Assembly: GCA_028140145.1 (NCBI GenBank) | Contig: JAOIOC010000003.1 | Span: 24,842-88,841, forward strand | Length of the DNA: 64,000 nt | Direction: 5' to 3' | From: SAR86 cluster bacterium | GTDB lineage: Bacteria; Pseudomonadota; Gammaproteobacteria; Magnimaribacterales; AG-339-G14 | Part shown: in pieces, positions 10,383 to 19,109 of the stretch | Layout of the letters: the number at the start of each line of letters is the position of its first letter | How positions within the stretch are numbered: position 1 is the first letter of the stretch | The notes under the pieces: model-generated | Told to the model about the DNA's origin: nothing | Seen by the model: the letters and a program-made list of their open reading frames with translations, nothing else | Database searches by the model: none | Made by a program: the position numbers and the translations under genes

Positions 10383-10787
10383 TTAATCGCTAGGTTTAAG
10401 CCAAGTACTTCCAAGAAGAATTACAAGAACTGCAATCCACCAAACGAATAGTATTGGATTGTTTGGAATTAAACTAAAAGTCACTTCTTCAGCACCGACA
10501 AATTCAACAAATCTCTGCGCACGGTCAGATAGCTCTGGTAACTGACTGAGATCGAAAGCGGTACTCTCAAAGTTCACTCTTACAAATGCCAAAGTTTGCA
10601 AGTTCAAAAAAACTATTCCCAATGAAAAAATAGTTGATAAGACCTTTTGGAAAACAGTTGCTCCTTGATCTTGAATTCTTAGCACTCCTCTAAATGCAAC
10701 CCATAGTAAAAATATATTTGCTGCGCCAAATATTGCCGTGCTTGTCATAGCCCCATTAAAAAGGGCATAAATTTCATATTCAGTCAT
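10383..10787 (-). CDS. Uncharacterised 3-TM membrane protein, tandem paralog 2
   Basis: AGGAGAG SD; WVAFR, QKVLSTIFSLG, AQRFV, WW motifs shared with neighbours. Confidence 0.87.
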   Translation of the reverse strand: MTEYEIYALFNGAMTSTAIFGAANIFLLWVAFRGVLRIQDQGATVFQKVLSTIFSLGIVFLNLQTLAFVRVNFESTAFDLSQLPELSDRAQRFVEFVGAEEVTFSLIPNNPILFVWWIAVLVILLGSTWLKPSD

Positions 10788-10847
10788 ATTTTCTCTCCTA
10801 TAAAAATTTAACTGTGATCATGATAAATAAATAAAAAATTTATTGCT

Positions 10848-10880
10848 ATAAAAAGAGAGACTTAATATCTCTCTTTTTAT
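10848..10880 (-). terminator. Rho-independent terminator after paralog 3
   Basis: ATAAAAAGAGAGA-CTTAATA-TCTCTCTTTTTAT inverted repeat with T tract. Confidence 0.8.
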
Positions 10881-10892
10881 AAAAAAATTAAA

Positions 10893-11288
10893 CTATTGTT
10901 TAGTCCAAATTCTTCCCATCAACATAACAGTCACAACTGCCCACCAACCTGTATTGATTGGATTATTGAATAACCCGCCTTGAGCAACTTCTCCTGTACC
11001 CCAAGTGTCAACAAAAGCTTGTGCTGTTGGCGATATAGCCTCGAGTTGACTCATAGAATAAGCTGAATTTTCAAGGGTTGCGAATAGAATCGCGCCGGTA
11101 TTAAGACCATTGAAGATTATGCCTAAACTAAAAAGAGTCACTAAAACTTTGTTAAGAGCATTAGCATCTTCAGCTCTCACTTGATTTGCAGCCCTAAATG
11201 CTACCCAAAGCAAAAAGAATACACCAGCTTGATAAATTGCATTAGATGTTAAAAAACCAGTTAAGGTATCGTAAATTTGATATTCCAT
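10893..11288 (-). CDS. Uncharacterised 3-TM membrane protein, tandem paralog 3
   Basis: AGGAGG SD; WVAFR, NKVLVTLFSLG, AQAFV, WW motifs. Confidence 0.87.
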   Translation of the reverse strand: MEYQIYDTLTGFLTSNAIYQAGVFFLLWVAFRAANQVRAEDANALNKVLVTLFSLGIIFNGLNTGAILFATLENSAYSMSQLEAISPTAQAFVDTWGTGEVAQGGLFNNPINTGWWAVVTVMLMGRIWTKQ

Positions 11289-11409
11289 AATTTCCTCCTA
11301 TTAGAAAATCTAATAGTTAATTTTAACAAATCTAATGTATTTATTTAGGAGTTTATTAAAAATATCAAATAAATATAAACTTTCTCTTACAAATGAGTAT
11401 AGTGAATAT

Positions 11410-11724
11410 ATGTTTGAAATTTATTTAGATAAAGCAAAAAAATACCGTTTCCGCCTGAGGGCAAAGAATGGAGAGAATATCTGTGCAAGTCAGGCCTACA
11501 CATCAAGGTCTTCCTGTATGAAAGGGATAAAATCCGTTGCAAAGAACTCAAAATCTAAAGATAACTTTATTACTCAGGAGTCTAAATCTGGAAAATGGAC
11601 TTTCAGGTTAAAGTCTGGAAACAATAAAGTTGTCGCAACCAGTCAGTCCTATAAAGATAAATCATCCATGAATAAAGGGATTAGAAGTGTGATGACTAAT
11701 GCTCCAAAGCTTGTAATAAAGTAG
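11410..11724 (+). CDS. YegP-family protein (two DUF1508 repeats)
   Basis: Two repeats FRL(R/K)xxNxxxxAxSQxY...KGIxSV; start moved to ATG 11410 (MFEIY). Confidence 0.88.
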   Translation: MFEIYLDKAKKYRFRLRAKNGENICASQAYTSRSSCMKGIKSVAKNSKSKDNFITQESKSGKWTFRLKSGNNKVVATSQSYKDKSSMNKGIRSVMTNAPKLVIK

Positions 11725-11889
11725 TTTTTTTCCTTTTTAGCTCTGTCAGTGTTCTAGATGAATCTATTAAAATGATTCTGGTTTGCTATGAAGTTGGCAA
11801 TTCTATAGTCTCAAGCCATGTAAAAGGCTTAAATATAATCACATTATCTGTTCTCAATAAATAATTTCTTTTTCTGATAACATTTAAGG

Positions 11890-12264
11890 ATGAAATTAAA
11901 TAACTATCTAATCTTCTTAGTAACGGTTTTTTTTCTTTCTGCCTGCGGCGTAAAAAGCGTTACCTCTGCTTCTGTTCAAGCTGATATTGTGTCTGTTGCT
12001 GAATACAAGGATTATTCATGTAAAGAGCTGGCTATAGATGCGCTTAATATTCAAAACAGAATTCCTGAAATTTCTTCTGTTATCGATAAAAAGAAAAAAG
12101 ATAACGATGCATACATAGCTACAGCAGTTGTGTTTATGCCAATATTGGCTGCAGGGATTAAAGGCAATCAAGAAGAAGCGGCTCAGTTAGCTCTCTATAA
12201 GGGGCAACTAAACGCAATTAGACAGGCAGCAATAATGAAGGATTGCGAAATAATTGTTCAATAA
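11890..12264 (+). CDS. Uncharacterised lipoprotein
   Basis: Lipobox LSAC; YSCxEL, internal hydrophobic stretch, KGQLNAI, C-terminal Cys. Confidence 0.75.
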   Translation: MKLNNYLIFLVTVFFLSACGVKSVTSASVQADIVSVAEYKDYSCKELAIDALNIQNRIPEISSVIDKKKKDNDAYIATAVVFMPILAAGIKGNQEEAAQLALYKGQLNAIRQAAIMKDCEIIVQ

Positions 12265-12299
12265 TTTAGATCATATACCCTAAAGGGGGCTACCTAATT

Positions 12300-13619
12300 T
12301 TATTGCCAACTGACCTTTGCAAAAGTACCAGTAGTACAATAAAAAATGTCTCTATTGAAACCAGGTGATAAAAACATACCATTGGCTAGTCTTGCGTTTA
12401 CATCAACTTTGCTGAGTAATTCTCCAGTTTGAATATCTACAACAATTAAATAATCTTTGTCGTTTTCAAAACTATTAATGACCAGTTCTTTTGTATCTGG
12501 GAAAACAACCGGTTGCATGGTTGGTCTTGCGTCTAAATTCCAAGATAAATCTAGATTTCCATTTTTTGTTGAAATTCCTGCAAGACCTCCATTAAGACTA
12601 TCCCATGCGATGCAAGTTTCTAATTCTGGAACATTCACCGGCGGTGCAATAATACCTCCGCCATTTCTTTCAAAAGGTTCAATGAAGGATAGATCTGATG
12701 TTGTGAGATCAAGCTTTAAAAGTCTTTGCTTGCCAGTCCATGGTGCAGGGCTTCTCCAACTCAAATGAGTATTTTCCTTGACTCTACCGTTGGGATGAAC
12801 ACCGTAAATTTGTCTTACTGAATCTATATCTCCGTTATCCATTAACCAAAGGCACCCATCAGAAATGCACCCATCCCATGCCAAACCTTGAATGCCCTTT
12901 TCTTGTCTGTATTGAGGTTGCCACTCTTGATCAATCTCTAAATTTCTTTCATGAACTCTTAGTCGCCATATTCTTGAAATTCCCGGAATGTAAATGAATT
13001 CACCCAGTGGAGTTATATCGCTGGCAATCCTTCCCATAGAGCCTTCAGGAAGCTGAATAGTCTCGATAACCTCAAGATTATTAGGGTTTAACCTAGTTAT
13101 TGAAGAATTACATTGATTTTCAAGTCTGCAGTCTTTAGTGACTATGCTTCCATCAGATAAAACTAATAATCCATTGTGAGCCTGATCAATAGGAAGCTTT
13201 TTTTCAATTAAAACTTGGCAATCACTATTTAAGACATGCATGAAATTTCCATTAACCTTGATAATGTTACCGTTTTTGTGGGCAGCTATGGCTCCGCACC
13301 ACACATGATCCCCACAAGGTAGATTAGGACTTTCACTGATAGTCTCAAGAGTTAGAGGATCTATTCTTTGCAACCATCCGAAAGGTTTTGGTCCGTTGAA
13401 GTATGGCATCGTTCCCCCAAGATAGAACTCATTCTCATCTCTTCTTACAACCATTACATTCCATTTCCCTGATAGAACCGATTCAACTTTTGCCTCAGCA
13501 CCCTTTGCAAATAGGCCTCCTTTGGCTGCTTTCTGTCTTCTGTTCCCGCCACACTCAACAGGCCATGGAGATTTAAAATAACCAGGATGTTGGTTTTCTC
13601 TATCTAATGAGTTACTCAA
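12300..13619 (-). CDS. Hypothetical protein, probable beta-propeller
   Basis: 439-aa ORF; repeated 'xDPxTLExIxx' / 'VDIQTGELLSKV'-type blade-ending motifs. Confidence 0.65.
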   Translation of the reverse strand: MSNSLDRENQHPGYFKSPWPVECGGNRRQKAAKGGLFAKGAEAKVESVLSGKWNVMVVRRDENEFYLGGTMPYFNGPKPFGWLQRIDPLTLETISESPNLPCGDHVWCGAIAAHKNGNIIKVNGNFMHVLNSDCQVLIEKKLPIDQAHNGLLVLSDGSIVTKDCRLENQCNSSITRLNPNNLEVIETIQLPEGSMGRIASDITPLGEFIYIPGISRIWRLRVHERNLEIDQEWQPQYRQEKGIQGLAWDGCISDGCLWLMDNGDIDSVRQIYGVHPNGRVKENTHLSWRSPAPWTGKQRLLKLDLTTSDLSFIEPFERNGGGIIAPPVNVPELETCIAWDSLNGGLAGISTKNGNLDLSWNLDARPTMQPVVFPDTKELVINSFENDKDYLIVVDIQTGELLSKVDVNARLANGMFLSPGFNRDIFYCTTGTFAKVSWQ

Positions 13620-13681
13620 TTTTTATGCTTGGTTTTTAGTTAATTTAAAAACTTTAATCTATAAGATAATTCTTTATCTTA

Positions 13682-14332
13682 TTAACGATTGTAAGTTAAA
13701 ACGCTTTCCAAAACAGTGACCATGTTATTTGGATCAACAGGAGATTTAAAGAAGCCGTAATATCTTCCAGATGGGCTTAATAGTGCAAGATTCATGCTGT
13801 GATCCATATCATAATCTGTTCTTTTGGAATCCACTACTGGCACAAATGGAAGTGTTAGCTGAGTTGCTAAAGTATAAATAGTTCCAATGTCCCCGCTTAC
13901 ACCTATAAAAGAAGAATCAAAAGATTTAGCGTATCTATCGATCAGTTCAGGAGTATCTCTGTCTGGATCAACAGAAACAATCATAAAATTGATCTTATCT
14001 CTTAATTGAATGTTTCTATCAGCAAGAAGATTTGAAGTCTTTTTCATTTTTGCCATAGTCATTGGACACATATCAGGACATGAAGCAAAACCCATGAAAA
14101 CCAGGTGCCATTTCTCAAGCAAGTTTGTTTGCTTAAAAACTTCTGTCCCGGATTGAAGCCTGAATTCTGTTAGCTGCCTTGGCGCTGAGAGTTCATAAAA
14201 TTTGAGTTCTTTGTATTCATCTTTGGTCAGCTCTTTGGGTGACACAATGCTGTAAACAAAAACACCGATCACCAACGAGACCAATACAAGACAAGATAGA
14301 ACTGTTAAGCGAATATTTGATGTTCTAGACAT
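13682..14332 (-). CDS. SCO1/SenC copper chaperone
   Basis: GFASCPDMCP (CxxxC), SVDPDRDT, MDHS. Confidence 0.95.
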   Translation of the reverse strand: MSRTSNIRLTVLSCLVLVSLVIGVFVYSIVSPKELTKDEYKELKFYELSAPRQLTEFRLQSGTEVFKQTNLLEKWHLVFMGFASCPDMCPMTMAKMKKTSNLLADRNIQLRDKINFMIVSVDPDRDTPELIDRYAKSFDSSFIGVSGDIGTIYTLATQLTLPFVPVVDSKRTDYDMDHSMNLALLSPSGRYYGFFKSPVDPNNMVTVLESVLTYNR

Positions 14333-15197
14333 AAGTTATCACCGCCCTGTCAACGATCATCAATAAAAATATTAATGTTAAATAAATTATGGAATATAAA
14401 AATAAACTCATGGCATTATCTGCACCTATACTTTTCTTTAATTTCCAGGATTTTTGTATAAATATTCCGCCAAGAATTACAGCTCCTATCAGATAAACAT
14501 AACCAAAGTGCCCAGTAGCAAATAAAAGAAGTGATACAAGCAATAATAAAATTGAATATAAAACTATTTGAATCTTTGTGTACTCAACACCTTTCACTAC
14601 TGGCATCATCGGTATACCAGCTTTGGCGTACTCATCTTTTTTATTGATAGCCAAAGCCCAAAAATGAGGCGGCGTCCAGATAAAAATTAAGAGCACTAGT
14701 AATAAAGGTAGAGGATCTATTGTTCCTACAACGGCTGTCCAACCAAGCAATGGTGGCATGGAACCTGCAAGTCCACCGATTACTATATTAAGAACACCGG
14801 AAAATTTTAGAATCTTGGTATAAATAAATGCATAAAAAACCCATGTTGCAAAAGTAAGAGCCCAAGTAAGGAAATTATTGAAGTAGAGTATCAAAGCTGA
14901 TCCAATGAAAAGAAGAAAAATAGCAAAAAGAGTCGCTGAAAAAATGCTAATTTTTCCTGTAACAATTGGCCTTTTCCCTGTTCTTTCCATAACGGAGTCA
15001 TACTTGAAATCAAGGATCTGATTTATTGCAGCTGATGAACCAGCTATGAAAGCTATTCCAATAAAACCTGTAAGTGCTTTAACAAGATTTAAGTTGAAAT
15101 TGGTTGCAAGAACCATAGATGCTCCAGCAGTAATCATAAGAAGGTACAAAACACCTGGCTTCGTTAATTTAAAATATTCTGTAATAGTAAGGCTCAT
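14325..15197 (-). CDS. cyoE: Protoheme IX farnesyltransferase (heme o synthase)
   Basis: LTKPG, NQILD..D..MERT..RP, NIVIGG, WTPPHFWALA. Confidence 0.95.
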   Translation of the reverse strand: MSLTITEYFKLTKPGVLYLLMITAGASMVLATNFNLNLVKALTGFIGIAFIAGSSAAINQILDFKYDSVMERTGKRPIVTGKISIFSATLFAIFLLFIGSALILYFNNFLTWALTFATWVFYAFIYTKILKFSGVLNIVIGGLAGSMPPLLGWTAVVGTIDPLPLLLVLLIFIWTPPHFWALAINKKDEYAKAGIPMMPVVKGVEYTKIQIVLYSILLLLVSLLLFATGHFGYVYLIGAVILGGIFIQKSWKLKKSIGADNAMSLFLYSIIYLTLIFLLMIVDRAVITYV

Positions 15198-16198
15198 GCG
15201 GTGCTTATTGTAGAGGATTTTAGCCTAACAAAGGATAAATACATCAATAAGAACAAAGCACCTAGGTTATGTGCTATGGCTACATAAAGAGGAACCTGAA
15301 AGTATATATTTGATACTCCCAAAGCTAATTGAAGGCTGATCAACGAAGCAAATCCTAATGATGTCATTCGATAATTCTCTTTATAAAAACGCCAGGATAA
15401 TAAAAGGAATACTATAGAAACTGCGACAGCTCCAAGCCGATGAATAAAGTGAATTGCGACTCTGGATTCAACATCTAATTGCCCGCCTAAATAGTCTGGG
15501 CCTATTTGTTGAAAAAAATTAAATCCTTTTGAGTAATCAGCTGGTGGCAACCATTGACCGTGACACGTTGGAAAATCTGGACAGGCCAAAGCTGCGTAGT
15601 TTGAGCTTAACCAAACGCCTAAAATTATTTGTCCAATTAAAAATGGAAAGGCCCAGTTTAGTAATGTTTTTGTTTGAGTAACTACTGAAAAGCTGACATT
15701 GAAAGTAGACCTGAGTTGAGATGATCTTAAGAAAATTAAAAAGACTAATGTGGTTGTGAAAAAACCTCCCAATAAATGAAGAGTTACAACCTGAGGCCAT
15801 AATTGCAAGCTAACCGTTAAGTAACCGAACAAAGATTGTATACAGACCAATACAGTGGCAGCATAAATTAAATTATTTAGTCTTCTATCTCTAATTTTTG
15901 AAAAGATAGCCAAAAAGAAAAGACCAAATATCAATAATCCTAGTGAGCCAGCAAAATATCTATGCACTACTTCTGGAACAGCTTTTGCCAATTCAAATTG
16001 TCTCTCTGGGAAAGTAATGTTTGCTTGTTCAATTTCTGCTTCGGTAGTTGGCATCCAAACGTATCCATAGCAACCTGGCCAATCAGGACATCCTAATCCA
16101 GCATCAACAAGCCTTGTCCAGGCTCCTAGACCAACAACAACGAATGCTAAAAATATTCCTATCAGACTGATAATCTGAATTTTTTTAAAATTATCCAA
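15194..16198 (-). CDS. ctaA: Heme A synthase (COX15/CtaA)
   Basis: TRLVDAGLGCPDWPGC, EVVHR, HLLGG, ACPDFPTC, HR, HN. Confidence 0.93.
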   Translation of the reverse strand: MDNFKKIQIISLIGIFLAFVVVGLGAWTRLVDAGLGCPDWPGCYGYVWMPTTEAEIEQANITFPERQFELAKAVPEVVHRYFAGSLGLLIFGLFFLAIFSKIRDRRLNNLIYAATVLVCIQSLFGYLTVSLQLWPQVVTLHLLGGFFTTTLVFLIFLRSSQLRSTFNVSFSVVTQTKTLLNWAFPFLIGQIILGVWLSSNYAALACPDFPTCHGQWLPPADYSKGFNFFQQIGPDYLGGQLDVESRVAIHFIHRLGAVAVSIVFLLLSWRFYKENYRMTSLGFASLISLQLALGVSNIYFQVPLYVAIAHNLGALFLLMYLSFVRLKSSTISTA

Positions 16199-16778
16199 TT
16201 TTTGAAACCCTCAATAGTTTTTTTAAGTCTTCAAGAATTTGCTTAAAGTTTTCATTTTTATCTTCTTTAGGACCATAAAACATGATGATATTTCCTAAAG
16301 GATCTACTATAAACAAAGATCCTTCCTCAAAAGGATTAATATTCTGGCTTTCAAATTCTTTAGCTATCAATGAGCCCTCGACATATGTAGCATGTTTAAG
16401 AGGCTTATATTTTTCCAAGATATCGTAGTCTTTATCTGACTCGCTGAGGAGAAATCTTGATACTCGGATGCTTTCTCGATTCAAGGCTATGTTTGCTTGT
16501 CTTGCGACATAAGCTGCATCATCGCAAGTTGATGAGCAATCGCCTTTAATAAACTGGAAGATCATCCAATCTCTTTCGATGGTTTCAATGTTAAAAGGTT
16601 GATACTCATAAGTGACCCCCAGCTCACCAACATCAATCGGCGGAGACAGAAGTTGACCATTGTTCACTCTTCCCTCTGGAAGGGATGCACCTGAGTAGTA
16701 CCACACAGTGCTTGATAGAATCACCAAGATAGGGGTCAAGAAAATTAACATCGCTATAACAAAGTTCTTCTTAATCAT
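16191..16778 (-). CDS. Cytochrome oxidase-associated SCO-like membrane-anchored protein
   Basis: N-terminal TM, NNGQLLSP, CSSTC, IVDPLGNIIMFY, DLKKLL; conserved position in gammaproteobacterial cox clusters. Confidence 0.75.
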   Translation of the reverse strand: MIKKNFVIAMLIFLTPILVILSSTVWYYSGASLPEGRVNNGQLLSPPIDVGELGVTYEYQPFNIETIERDWMIFQFIKGDCSSTCDDAAYVARQANIALNRESIRVSRFLLSESDKDYDILEKYKPLKHATYVEGSLIAKEFESQNINPFEEGSLFIVDPLGNIIMFYGPKEDKNENFKQILEDLKKLLRVSKIG

Positions 16779-17475
16779 TTTTTCTAAACCCTACAAAAAT
16801 AAAACCTGCCAAAGCAACCAAACTCAAGCCTAACCATTGAATTGCGTAGCCAAAATGTCTATTGGCAGATAAATAAACAGGTTGCCAAATCCTAGTGAAT
16901 CCATCTAATAAAAATTCATCAAGTTCAAAGACTACAGCCGGATAGCTTGTATTCCACTTCAAGTTAATGCTATCGATATCAAAGGACTGCATTTCTAGAC
17001 CACTTTCTTCCCTTTCATAAATTGAATTATCTAACGTGAAAGCTTTTTCGATTGGTCTGAAAACTCCCTGCAATAAATAATTCTGGTCTAAGGTCTTTTT
17101 TGATTCATCAAATGACTTTGACCATCCTTTAGATACTAAAAGTGACAATCCTTTATTAGATAAAAACTCTTGATAAACAGAAAAACCACGAACTCCTTCA
17201 TGGATTGCATTGTCTACTAAAACTGTCCTTTGACTGAACTTGCCTTGCATAAAAAAGGGTATGTACCATTGGCTGGGAGTAGCATATTCTAATGAAATAA
17301 ATTCGGTTGGGGGCTTTGATTGCTGATTATTAATAAAACTTTCAAGCTTAGATTTTTCTAATCCCCTTTGATATTGCCAAAAACTTAAACTTAATAAAAT
17401 TGGTAATATAATTGCCGTAAAAATTGTAAACTTCCAACCAGGATTAAATTTTCCAATGTTAGTAAAAATACTCAT
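16771..17475 (-). CDS. SURF1 family cytochrome oxidase biogenesis protein
   Basis: LSFWQYQR..EK and HFGYAIQW; start probably ATG 17475 rather than 17535. Confidence 0.85.
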   Translation of the reverse strand: MSIFTNIGKFNPGWKFTIFTAIILPILLSLSFWQYQRGLEKSKLESFINNQQSKPPTEFISLEYATPSQWYIPFFMQGKFSQRTVLVDNAIHEGVRGFSVYQEFLSNKGLSLLVSKGWSKSFDESKKTLDQNYLLQGVFRPIEKAFTLDNSIYEREESGLEMQSFDIDSINLKWNTSYPAVVFELDEFLLDGFTRIWQPVYLSANRHFGYAIQWLGLSLVALAGFIFVGFRKND

Positions 17476-17668
17476 CGTCGTTTTAATGATTGCTATGCTG
17501 ATCAGCCTCTTTTCTAGCGCAGCTTTTATGATCAAAGATAAAAAAGGAGCAATGACCAGAAGTTTTATGGCTCTCAGGGTAAGGGTAGTAATTGCGGGTC
17601 TTCTTTTGTTGACCCTCGCATACGGTCTTTATAGTGGTCAAATAGTTGTTAATAGCCCTTGGGGTTAG
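17456..17668 (+). CDS. Twin-TM small protein (DUF2909-like)
   Basis: Two TMs, SLFS..FMIKD, AL.VRV; antisense position between cox3 and SURF1 is typical. Confidence 0.8.
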   Translation: MLVKILIVVLMIAMLISLFSSAAFMIKDKKGAMTRSFMALRVRVVIAGLLLLTLAYGLYSGQIVVNSPWG

Positions 17669-18567
17669 AATACGTAAACTACCAACACCAATAATATCCA
17701 TACTACATCTACGAAGTGCCAGTACCAGGATCCTGCTGCAAGACCAAAGTGATCTTCCTTAGTAAAGGCTCCTCGAAATCCTCTTATGGTCATAATTGTC
17801 AAAATGATTGCTCCTAAACAAACATGAAAGCCGTGGAAACCTGTAAGAAGAAAGAAAGTAGTTCCATAAATCCCAGCACCTAGAGTCAGACCCATGTGAT
17901 CATAGGCTTCGTAATACTCAAGGCCTTGTAAATAAACAAAAGTAAATCCAAGAATAAGAGTCATAACCATCCAAAACTTAAATGAAGTTCTATTGCCTTT
18001 TTTCAAAGCATGCTCAGCAATCGTTATGGTTCCGCTTGAAGTTACCAAGCAAAGAGTGTTCCAAAACGGTAACCAATGCCCTACGTTTGCAAATCCAGGA
18101 AAATTCATATTCTCTTTTGGGCCTTGAAATAAAGACTGATCCGGGGTCTGCATTACTGGCCAAGTCGCTTCGAATCCAGGCCACAACATATTCGAGATAG
18201 CCTTTTCACCTTCACCTCCAAGCCACGGCACTGCAAAAATTCTTACGTATCCTAGCGCTAAAAAGAAAGCGAAGAAAAACATGACTTCACTGAATATGAA
18301 CCACTGCATGCCCATGACAAATGATCTATTCAATTGATCGCTGTACATTCCTTTGTCGTTTTCTTTTATAACTTCGCCAAACCAAAAGAAGAACACTGAA
18401 AAAATAACGGCAAAAGCAGCGATTAGGATCCAATATGAATTTGAATCAGGTTTGTCTAAATCGTTAATAGTGTAACCAGCGCCTAATACAAAAAGCATCA
18501 AACCAAAAGCCATCCAAATTGGCAGTCTGCTGCTTGCTGGAACAAAATATGAAGATTGATCAGACAT
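17665..18567 (-). CDS. coxC: Cytochrome c oxidase subunit III
   Basis: WFIFSEVMFF, TGFHGFHV, WYWHFVDVVW. Confidence 0.96.
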   Translation of the reverse strand: MSDQSSYFVPASSRLPIWMAFGLMLFVLGAGYTINDLDKPDSNSYWILIAAFAVIFSVFFFWFGEVIKENDKGMYSDQLNRSFVMGMQWFIFSEVMFFFAFFLALGYVRIFAVPWLGGEGEKAISNMLWPGFEATWPVMQTPDQSLFQGPKENMNFPGFANVGHWLPFWNTLCLVTSSGTITIAEHALKKGNRTSFKFWMVMTLILGFTFVYLQGLEYYEAYDHMGLTLGAGIYGTTFFLLTGFHGFHVCLGAIILTIMTIRGFRGAFTKEDHFGLAAGSWYWHFVDVVWILLVLVVYVF

Positions 18568-18569
18568 AA

Positions 18570-19109
18570 TTAATTACTCGCTTGTAATTTTATATGAGAT
18601 TCAGTGATATCAAAAAGAGTATAACCAAGGGTTAACACAGGAACATCATCGGGGAGATCAGGATCAATAATAAATCTAACCGGCATGGTTAACTTTTCTC
18701 CAGGTTGTAGAAGTTGTTCCTCAAAACAGAAGCATTCAGTTTTATGAAAATATTGTGCACCTTTTCCCGGAGATACACTCGGTATTGCCTGAGCTACCAT
18801 AGGATAATCTGTAGGATTTTCAAAAGTATAATCAACTGTATAAGCTGTTCCCGTTTCTGCATCTATTGTTCTTTTCTCGGAAGTAAAATTCCAAGCCATA
18901 TTTTCATTATTCTTGGTAACAAAGAGAATTTTGATTTCCCTGGAATCAAAATTTTCATCATATTGGGTAATGGTAGGTCCAGATACTTTTCCATTTAACC
19001 CAGTGATTTCACAAAAAACATCGTAAATAGGAACCAAAGCAAAACCAAAGCAAAACATACCTAAAACAAGACTTACTAATTTTAAGTTTGTTTTAGTAGC
19101 TGCTTTCAC
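18570..19109 (-). CDS. ctaG: Cytochrome c oxidase assembly protein CtaG/Cox11
   Basis: VPIYDVFCEITG, KTECFCF; GTG start overlapping the coxA stop. Confidence 0.95.
   Translation of the reverse strand: MKAATKTNLKLVSLVLGMFCFGFALVPIYDVFCEITGLNGKVSGPTITQYDENFDSREIKILFVTKNNENMAWNFTSEKRTIDAETGTAYTVDYTFENPTDYPMVAQAIPSVSPGKGAQYFHKTECFCFEEQLLQPGEKLTMPVRFIIDPDLPDDVPVLTLGYTLFDITESHIKLQASN

Noticed and set aside
9879-11288. Split rhodopsin or SemiSWEET identity for the 3-TM paralogs
   Set aside because: No DxxxK retinal-binding helix and no PQ motif; the three ORFs are paralogs of each other, not consecutive fragments of one protein
9835-11328. Integron cassette array or CRISPR as explanation for the ~500-bp periodicity
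   Set aside because: Spacers hold ordinary terminator hairpins with different sequences; no attC RYYYAAC/GTTRRRY pairs, identical repeats, integrase or cas genes
11725-11889. Possible sRNA or pseudogene in the 165-bp spacer, including AAGCC-N8-GGCTT at 11813-11830
   Set aside because: No recognisable RNA family or coherent reading frame; a 5-bp inverted repeat is expected by chance
17456-17668. Antisense small gene interrupting the cox operon
   Set aside because: Real, but a known conserved arrangement (DUF2909-like) in proteobacterial cox clusters, so not novel
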